The notes beneath the pieces were generated by a model. That model ran no database searches, was not told the origin of the DNA, and saw nothing but the letters and a program-made list of their open reading frames with translations. A DNA stretch of 64,000 nt from Coraliomargarita sp. (GTDB lineage Bacteria; Verrucomicrobiota; Verrucomicrobiia; Opitutales; Coraliomargaritaceae): the NCBI GenBank assembly GCA_965216325.1, contig OZ244160.1, positions 1,344,001-1,408,000 of the forward strand, in the 5' to 3' direction. The stretch's first letter is position 1; each line of letters starts with the position of its first letter. Both the position numbers and the translations under genes were made by a program. Shown here in pieces: positions 57,187 to 64,000 of this stretch.

Positions 57187-59175
57187 CTAGTTGGCGCTGG
57201 TGCGTTGCTCAGATTGGCGAATCTCGTCGCCCCCTTCCAATGCCTCAATTTGCGCCCGCAACTCGGCAATCTTTTTAGCACGCTTGGCTTCTTCCCGAAT
57301 TTCTTCGAGGCGTTCCAGCAGTTCGCGCTCTTCGTTCCCCATTCGGTCTTCACCTGATTGGAAATAATAACCCGGCAAGTCCGAATCTTCGAGGCCCATG
57401 GCGTCGAACATACGCGGGTCAACCACTTCGCGATAGTCCGCACCTTCCGGATTCAGTGTCTTCGCGGTAATAAATACGATCAAGTTACGAGTCCCGACAG
57501 AATCGGAATCGCTGCGGAACAAACGTCCGATACCAGGCAGATCACCCAAGACCGGCACCTTGGTATCTTCATCCGACTGACGACGCTCGGCGAGGCCACC
57601 CAGCGCAAGTGTATAGCCGTCTTTGATAATGACCTCCGTCATGACACTACGCTCGTCGATAATAGGGTCCTGCGCACCGAAACTTTCAACGGTTCCCGCC
57701 AGCGCGCTCACCTTTGGCAAGACGCTCAAATGGATATTTCCACCAAGCACTTCAGGCGTCACATTCAAGTTGATACCAATGAACTCTTTCTCGAGGCCAC
57801 CAGCTTCGTAGGTGCCGGTTTCCTGGTTGAAGGTAATTTCACGGATCGGATACTGCTGACCGACTTCGAAATTGGCTTCACGCTTGTTCATGACGACCAC
57901 AGTTGGATTGGATACCAGTTCGGAATCATTGATTGTTTCCAATGCAGAAAGCACCACTTGGAACTGATCCGCATTAAAGACTGCGGTATCCAAGCGAGAC
58001 GTCCCACTAATACTGCTACCCACGTCAGTTATCGTGTCCGTGAACGTTTCGCTATCAGGTTGGCCGGTAGTCTCAGTAAAACTATCGCTGGTATCGTTGC
58101 CAGTTGTGGTCGTTGAAGTTCGCTCACGAGTCCAATCGCGCTGCCATGGACCGGCGGAGACCTGATAACCATCCAGTGAAGCCCAGTTCACGCCGATATT
58201 CTTGATATCCTGATCGAAGACTTCGATGAACTTGGTTTCGATCATGATCTGATCGGTGGCTTTATCGATCGCATCGATCAGATTTCGAATCTTCTGAATT
58301 TGTGTCGGGCGCTCAGTGATAATGAGCAAATTCTTACGTGAATCCGCGACCATTTGCCCGCCCGCAGCACTATCTACCAGTGGCTGCACCGAACTCATGA
58401 TATCATCGGCACGTGCATACTGAATCGCGACGACGGTTGTCGTTACTGGCTCTGCAGCGATATCTTCAATACTCTTGATCTTAATAATATTGCGATCTTC
58501 AACATAGGCATAGCCAAGCGGCTCGAGCACCACATCATAAACATCACGCCAAGTAATATTGTGCAGTTTAATCGAAGTGCGCCCGACCAATCCATCCGGA
58601 ATCACGACGTTGAGGTCGAACAGCTCCGCCACATTCAAGATGATTGTGCGCACATCTTCATCAGGGAAGTCCACCGAGATCGTTTCCTCTTCCGCCATGG
58701 TCGCTCCCGAGGCATCGGTTACATTGCCTGGCATTTCCAAGACCACTTCAGTATCCGAGGACAATTCTTTGGTTACAGTCGGAATCTCAGGCTCGGTTGC
58801 GATCACCTCAGCGCCATCCACCGGCACCTCGGGAATTTCAACCACCATCGGGACCTCCTCTTCAGGCTCGCCGAGCGAAAGTTCAACTTCCTCGACCACC
58901 TCATCCACGGCCTCAGCAGTCTCATCAGCGGCCTCAGCAACCTCATCCGTTGCCTCTACAGCGTCACCCACAGCCACCTCGACTACAGCAACTTCAGGCA
59001 CCTCCACATCGTCAACGACTTCGACATTTACTGGCTCCGGCGCGTCGTCTACCGCTGGCGCATCTTCAATGATCACCACATCAGATAGGTCAATCTCTTC
59101 AATAGCAGGCGTTTCCTGAGCATAGAGGACAAACGGAGCTGCGAGCATAAGATATGCGAATGTAAGCTTTTTCAT
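57187..59175 (-). CDS. Outer-membrane secretin (PilQ/GspD family)
   Basis: [82 protein letters not shown]. Confidence 0.95.
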   Translation of the reverse strand: MKKLTFAYLMLAAPFVLYAQETPAIEEIDLSDVVIIEDAPAVDDAPEPVNVEVVDDVEVPEVAVVEVAVGDAVEATDEVAEAADETAEAVDEVVEEVELSLGEPEEEVPMVVEIPEVPVDGAEVIATEPEIPTVTKELSSDTEVVLEMPGNVTDASGATMAEEETISVDFPDEDVRTIILNVAELFDLNVVIPDGLVGRTSIKLHNITWRDVYDVVLEPLGYAYVEDRNIIKIKSIEDIAAEPVTTTVVAIQYARADDIMSSVQPLVDSAAGGQMVADSRKNLLIITERPTQIQKIRNLIDAIDKATDQIMIETKFIEVFDQDIKNIGVNWASLDGYQVSAGPWQRDWTRERTSTTTTGNDTSDSFTETTGQPDSETFTDTITDVGSSISGTSRLDTAVFNADQFQVVLSALETINDSELVSNPTVVVMNKREANFEVGQQYPIREITFNQETGTYEAGGLEKEFIGINLNVTPEVLGGNIHLSVLPKVSALAGTVESFGAQDPIIDERSVMTEVIIKDGYTLALGGLAERRQSDEDTKVPVLGDLPGIGRLFRSDSDSVGTRNLIVFITAKTLNPEGADYREVVDPRMFDAMGLEDSDLPGYYFQSGEDRMGNEERELLERLEEIREEAKRAKKIAELRAQIEALEGGDEIRQSEQRTSAN

Positions 59176-59238
59176 AAGGCAATGATGGTTAGCGGTCGAA
59201 ATGTTTGTTAGTTTGTAAATTGGTTAGCAACGGCGTGA

Positions 59239-59832
59239 CTAGTCTTCGTCGATTTGTATGGAACCTTTGGATACGGCGCCATCTTCATAAGGAAAGCTGC
59301 GAACTACCTCTCCAAGCCGGAGCGAAAAGCTATCCTCAGCGATTTCAGCAAGTGTGATTGTAAACGGCTCCTCTCGCGCCTCAGGGAGACGAACCGGGAA
59401 CTTTGCTCCCGGCTTCATCAAGCCCCCTTTTTGCAATTGAATATAATACTGGCCGCCCATCCCCATGGTGCCGCCGATTTGTTTGGTGAAGCTCTTAGCG
59501 ACCGCATTCAGAATCGCCCCCTCGTCGTAAACGACACGAACCTTTGGCTTAACTGGCTCCGGACTTTCATCGACTGGCTCGGGCTCATCCACCTCTCGCG
59601 CCTTTTCAAAAGTATACGGATTGTGTAATTCGACCAACATTGCGTCAAAGCTCCCGTCGTCATGCTTTGACAGATACTGATCAGCAACCGCGAGTAAGTT
59701 ACCACGCACTGTTGGCGTGACCACTTTGTCCTTGCGACCACCGAGATTGATGTTGGAGGCCGCAAGCAGTGAATTCGCTAGCAAGCACGCGCCGAGGCTC
59801 AATAAGAAATAAGTCTGAAGCTTTCCTCGCAT
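59239..59832 (-). CDS. Exported hypothetical protein in PilP position
   Basis: Signal peptide, NPY motif followed by a Pro/Glu linker and a small beta domain; position between the PilO-like gene and the secretin. Confidence 0.6.
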   Translation of the reverse strand: MRGKLQTYFLLSLGACLLANSLLAASNINLGGRKDKVVTPTVRGNLLAVADQYLSKHDDGSFDAMLVELHNPYTFEKAREVDEPEPVDESPEPVKPKVRVVYDEGAILNAVAKSFTKQIGGTMGMGGQYYIQLQKGGLMKPGAKFPVRLPEAREEPFTITLAEIAEDSFSLRLGEVVRSFPYEDGAVSKGSIQIDED

Positions 59833-59833
59833 C

Positions 59834-60424
59834 TTAAGCGTCTCCCTTCTCGGCCAAGGCAAATACTTGCAGGCGCATTCTCAAATCAGCATCGATTCCT
59901 CGTTCTTCCTCATCTGCATGCGAGACATCAAACGCAGATACGCGAATGATTGCCTCCGACTGGTCCAACTCCTGCAGGAAATTGACCACATCCACAAAAA
60001 CGCCTTCGACATCCAGATCATAACCAATCACAGAGTGAAGTTTCAGCTCTTTAGGCCCCTTTTTATCATATAACTCCGGCACATTCTGGCGCTGAGTTAC
60101 TTGATCCACGGAGACATCAAACTCATCGGCCTTCTCAAAACGATAAAAGAATTTTGAATTCTTCACCAAATCACTGCGCGCAAAGATGCGCTCAGCAAGG
60201 CGAGCTGTTTGCTCTTCAAGTTCCGCAACATCGGCTTCGAGCCCATTCGAAGAACGCTGATTGTCTTTAATGACTTTGCGACGCGACTCCAACTCGTCTT
60301 CTTGCAACTGCAAGCTCTCAACGACGCCCCCACGCAAAAAGACGATGCCCCCCATCACCAGCACACCTGCCGCACAGATGCTAGCGATCGGATATTTCTT
60401 AAATATTTCCAAATTCATACTCAT
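59834..60424 (-). CDS. PilO/GspM-like bitopic membrane protein
   Basis: N-terminal TM, coiled coil, LDVEGVFVDVVNFLQELDQSEAIIRV ferredoxin-like motif. Confidence 0.75.
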   Translation of the reverse strand: MSMNLEIFKKYPIASICAAGVLVMGGIVFLRGGVVESLQLQEDELESRRKVIKDNQRSSNGLEADVAELEEQTARLAERIFARSDLVKNSKFFYRFEKADEFDVSVDQVTQRQNVPELYDKKGPKELKLHSVIGYDLDVEGVFVDVVNFLQELDQSEAIIRVSAFDVSHADEEERGIDADLRMRLQVFALAEKGDA

Positions 60425-60432
60425 CCTTTCGC

Positions 60433-61101
60433 CTATTTGCTGGCCTTTGCGGCGGGTGACAGACGTATCGTTAAGACGTATGGGAACAGGTTCGAACCGT
60501 CATCCTTCCCCCCCATATCCTCAGTGATTTTGGTATCAAACCCGTCCACTTGAAAATATTCCGATTCGCGCAGCGATGTTTTAAACAAATCGAAGGTATC
60601 GAGATGCTTCTCATGCACTTCCCCGTCGATTCGGATCTGATATTCGACCACCTTGGTGACCGTTTTAACCTTGGACCCCGGAGTTCTCTTGGATCGGGTC
60701 GCAATTTCCTCGGACATCGAAACTTCCGTAAAGAGCAGCTCCTCCTGTTTCAAGCGCGCCAACTCCACCATCAACTCGTGTGCATAAAACGGCACGTCGT
60801 AGAAGGTGTTCATCTCCAGAATATACTTTCCCGCATCTCTGAATTGCTCGCTTTGCTTGATGTAGATCCGATCATCTGGCTCCGCCAGGCGAATCTCCTC
60901 TTCCAGCGAGGCGATTCGCCCCTTCAATGCCCATGCACGATACTCCCGCTGCAGCACGAAAACCGTAATCAATGCCAGCACCACAACGGAAAATACATTC
61001 ACCAGGAAGTCAGTCCGAACAACCTTGATATCCGGCAAAGTGGCCGGATCACGAAAGTCCGGGCGCCAGTAAGGCTGCATATCCTTATTTTTGCTACTCA
61101 C
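60433..61101 (-). CDS. PilN/GspL-periplasmic-like bitopic membrane protein
   Basis: TM, coiled coil, IRIDGEV...[11 protein letters not shown] motif; operon position. Confidence 0.65.
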   Translation of the reverse strand: MSSKNKDMQPYWRPDFRDPATLPDIKVVRTDFLVNVFSVVVLALITVFVLQREYRAWALKGRIASLEEEIRLAEPDDRIYIKQSEQFRDAGKYILEMNTFYDVPFYAHELMVELARLKQEELLFTEVSMSEEIATRSKRTPGSKVKTVTKVVEYQIRIDGEVHEKHLDTFDLFKTSLRESEYFQVDGFDTKITEDMGGKDDGSNLFPYVLTIRLSPAAKASK

Positions 61102-62143
61102 TGACGGCCTCCTCTCTCAACTGAAATTCGCCCATCAAACTGAAAACACCCAGCCAACGGGACCCCAGATTCGCAACTTCAACACTTTCGGCCATCGTCA
61201 CGTTCAAACTCTTCATCCACCCTTCAATATCAGGACGTAAAACCTCCAAGCCCAAGGCATCCGACACAGTCTTGGTAATCCAACTTAAATTCTTCGGCAA
61301 TACACTCAACAACACGTGCTCAATCGTCTGCCCCGTCTGAACCTCATAAAAGCCAGCGGTAGCCTGTAATTCCTTAGTTACACGGCGCAGCAACTTTGGC
61401 CCCATCTCGGCGAAATCGAAGGTATTCGAATAAAACAGCTTCCTGCCCGACTCCTCATCCTTTAGCCCCAACTCACGCTGCAACAAGGGATAAATGCTAT
61501 CCAAGCCATACGGAATCGGGCGAGCGACTTCCACATGCCCATCACGCTGAATAAAGATATTGGCAGATTTTGACGTCAGTTCCAAACACAGGACTGGCGT
61601 CTTCATACGGCTAAAACGAGCATAATCACACACACCACCCAAGGTCGACACCGTGCCAAGCTCCATACGGTCCGGATACAAGCCCATCTCCAACAAGGCT
61701 GCCTGAGAATCATGCAGTGCATCGTTGGGCGCACCACAGAAAACCAAGCGTTTAGAGACCGAAACCGACGGATCATAGTCCGAACCGTCCGATGCATTCA
61801 AGATCGAGACATTATTCTCATCCGGATCGATATTGAACTCATCATTCAAAACCTCGACCAAATGCCCCATGTCCTTGGCCTTACTCGCAGATTCCGCCTC
61901 ATAAAAGCGCGCAAAACGCCCCTCAGGATAGACCCCACAGCGCGACACGTGGTAGGCCGCCCCCTTGAAGTCGACGACCTCCTCCAGAAAGTCGCGCACC
62001 ACATCCGGGCCCTCACCTCCGCTCAGAGGCATTTCTTGAATTTCCTCAACTACCATCGGGAGCTTATAGCCAGAGGTCCTCGCAACGAGGATCGAGTATT
62101 CAGAGACATCTACAAAGAGACCTTTAGTCTTCGGTTTCAGCAT
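61094..62143 (-). CDS. PilM-like cytoplasmic actin-fold protein
   Basis: [11 protein letters not shown]-terminus, [32 protein letters not shown]; first gene of the operon. Confidence 0.75.
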   Translation of the reverse strand: MLKPKTKGLFVDVSEYSILVARTSGYKLPMVVEEIQEMPLSGGEGPDVVRDFLEEVVDFKGAAYHVSRCGVYPEGRFARFYEAESASKAKDMGHLVEVLNDEFNIDPDENNVSILNASDGSDYDPSVSVSKRLVFCGAPNDALHDSQAALLEMGLYPDRMELGTVSTLGGVCDYARFSRMKTPVLCLELTSKSANIFIQRDGHVEVARPIPYGLDSIYPLLQRELGLKDEESGRKLFYSNTFDFAEMGPKLLRRVTKELQATAGFYEVQTGQTIEHVLLSVLPKNLSWITKTVSDALGLEVLRPDIEGWMKSLNVTMAESVEVANLGSRWLGVFSLMGEFQLREEAVSE

Positions 62144-62441
62144 ACCTTTTGCTAGGCGAGTAGCGAATGTCGTTTGTTAAGTTAGGAGCAGTTATCAGAA
62201 TAAAGCGACACACGGCCGCCTGACTGTAGAACGATGATGGCAAGATCCCCCTTCAAGCAAGTTAAAAAACGGCCTCAATGCCCTCTAAGCCTCTCAATTA
62301 AAAGATATTTACAAACACCTGGGCTAGACCTCCCTGCCAACTACGAGCGATCGCTCATTTACGCGCTACGGTAGATCACCTACTTCACATGACTCATCAT
62401 AACACGCAGGCAAGTAAGCAAAGATCACCTATACATGAAGC

Positions 62442-62475
62442 AAAAAAAAACGGCTCCACAAATGGAGCCGTTTTG
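62442..62475 (-). terminator. Terminator of the small basic protein gene
   Basis: AAAACGGCTCCA-TTTG-TGGAGCCGTTTTTTTTT on the minus strand. Confidence 0.88.
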
Positions 62476-62517
62476 CAAAATTCGAATCGGTTGTCGGCAC
62501 AATACCGCACGACCAAA

Positions 62518-62613
<96 letters not shown>

Positions 62614-62722
62614 GACTTTGAAATACGTGTTTGATTTTTAGAAAGAGGGCGAAAGAAACAGAATTCACGAGCCTGTAAAGCGTTTTCTGCAAAAGTCCTA
62701 AATCCCCCACTGCCACCAGCTT

Positions 62723-63421
62723 TCAGGATCTTGCCAAGATTTTGCGCAAAAACAGCGCCCGATGCACTGGACTCGGGCCGTGCTCCAACAAGGCTTCCCG
62801 GTGCGCCCTAGTACCATAGCCCTTATGGCCCCCAAAGCCATATTGTGGGTATTCTTGCGCGATGCGTAGCATCTCTTGATCGCGAACCACCTTAGCCGCC
62901 ACACTCGCCATAGCAATTGCAAGAGACTTGCCGTCCCCCTTCACGATGCCTTCATGCACATACGGAAAGGGCCTCAAGGGCCGGCCATCCACAATCAGAC
63001 GCACCGCACCATCTGCAAATAGCGGCCCCGCAGACGCCAACTCTGGCAACACCCAGTTGCTCGCTCGGCCCGCGAGAGCCTCCACGGCACGCCGCATCGC
63101 CAGGCGCGTGGCACCCAAAATATTCAACTCGCCAATCTCATCAACGCTCCCCTGTGCCGTTTCAAAATCCAACAGCCCCTCTCTACGCAGCTCGCACAGT
63201 AAATCATACTGCACCTCCCGGGAGCCCTCACTCAACTGCTTAGAATCGTTAATCAGGCCACTGCGCCCAATTACAGACTCCGACTCAAAAAAGGCTTTCG
63301 ACAGCACACAGGCGCCTGCAACGACCGGCCCTGCAAGCGGACCACGCCCAGCCTCATCAATCCCAATCAACCAATCGGAATCAGCCAGCAACTCACTATC
63401 ATGCACTTGAAGTGGATTCAC
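62723..63421 (-). CDS. rnhB: Ribonuclease HII
   Basis: IGIDEAGRGPLAGPVVAG, NDSKQL, LNILGAT, VDG, KGDGKS, ASVAAKVVRD, HKGYGT. Confidence 0.97.
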   Translation of the reverse strand: MNPLQVHDSELLADSDWLIGIDEAGRGPLAGPVVAGACVLSKAFFESESVIGRSGLINDSKQLSEGSREVQYDLLCELRREGLLDFETAQGSVDEIGELNILGATRLAMRRAVEALAGRASNWVLPELASAGPLFADGAVRLIVDGRPLRPFPYVHEGIVKGDGKSLAIAMASVAAKVVRDQEMLRIAQEYPQYGFGGHKGYGTRAHREALLEHGPSPVHRALFLRKILARS

Positions 63422-63469
63422 CGCCTAAACATCCGCGGCGAATCCACAAAGCACAAGCAGAGATTCGCT

Positions 63470-64000
63470 CTAAATCTCGAAGTCGTGGCCCTTCGCGACC
63501 CCAGCACCGGTCGGAATATGGATATTCTCGACCATCTCGACCACATGCTCCGGTGGAGCCGGCGTGAATGAGCTCACCGCAAAGGCCACCACGAAATTGA
63601 TCAACATTCCGACAAAACCAATCCCTTCCGGCGTAATGCCCAACAGATACTGATCCGGCGTGCCGCCGAGAAACTGGAAGTAGGTAATGTAGCCGAAGGT
63701 AAACAGGATACCGGAGAGCATACCGGCAATCGCGCCCGCACGATTCATTCGCTTCGAGAAGATTCCCATCACCAGTGTCGGGAAGAATGAAGATGCAGCT
63801 AAGCCGAAAGCAAAAGCCACCGTTTTAGCAATGAACTCAGACGGCGGATTGATCCCGAAATAAACCGCCACCGCCAAAGCCACAAACGACGCAAAGCGCG
63901 CGTAGCTGACTTCTTCTTTGTCGGTCAGATTCGGGTTGATGATCTTCTTCATCAAATCGTGCGAGATCGAAGTCGAGAGCACCAGCAACAAGCCTGCTGC
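63470..64000 (-). CDS. Sodium:solute symporter (ActP-like), C-terminal part (5' partial)
   Basis: [42 protein letters not shown]. Confidence 0.9.
   Translation of the reverse strand, partial: AAGLLLVLSTSISHDLMKKIINPNLTDKEEVSYARFASFVALAVAVYFGINPPSEFIAKTVAFAFGLAASSFFPTLVMGIFSKRMNRAGAIAGMLSGILFTFGYITYFQFLGGTPDQYLLGITPEGIGFVGMLINFVVAFAVSSFTPAPPEHVVEMVENIHIPTGAGVAKGHDFEI

Noticed and set aside
49098..59119. Many long plus-strand ORFs opposite the giant gene and secretin
   Set aside because: Antisense shadows caused by codon bias of the acidic proteins; no recognisable domains

Overview
Mostly core chromosome of a Verrucomicrobiota bacterium. The 16S carries the EUB338-III site GCTGCCACCCGTAGGTGT at 18357-18374, and gene content suggests Opitutae/Puniceicoccaceae (inference). 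Left part: a metal permease and a Na/Ca-type antiporter, then a ~10 kb minus-strand gene run (amidase, S1C protease, DUF3352-like protein, FG-GAP protein, solute-binding protein, hybrid kinase), a decayed IS66 remnant and a complete rrn operon (16S-Ala-Ile-23S-5S). Upstream of rrn lie three periodic promoter-like modules and a Tsr3/DTW-superfamily gene paired with a fungal Str2-like PLP enzyme. Middle: a class IIC group II intron inserted behind the cysCDN terminator with an apparently nonsense-truncated RT, infC with a long structured 5' RNA, a photolyase, a porin-pstSCAB-phoU phosphate locus with enlarged PstC/PstA, a histone-H1-like protein and GlyRS. Right part: a divergent pilMNOP-like/secretin operon directly followed by a 2721-aa secreted RCC1/CARDB/TSP3-repeat protein, a 31-aa bS22-like gene missing from the ORF track, rnhB and a partial symporter. 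The best candidates for undescribed biology are the secretin plus giant-protein unit, the structured RNA upstream of infC, the TDD-family gene next to rrn, and the envelope/sensor gene run. All family calls come from motif recognition by eye; no searches were run.
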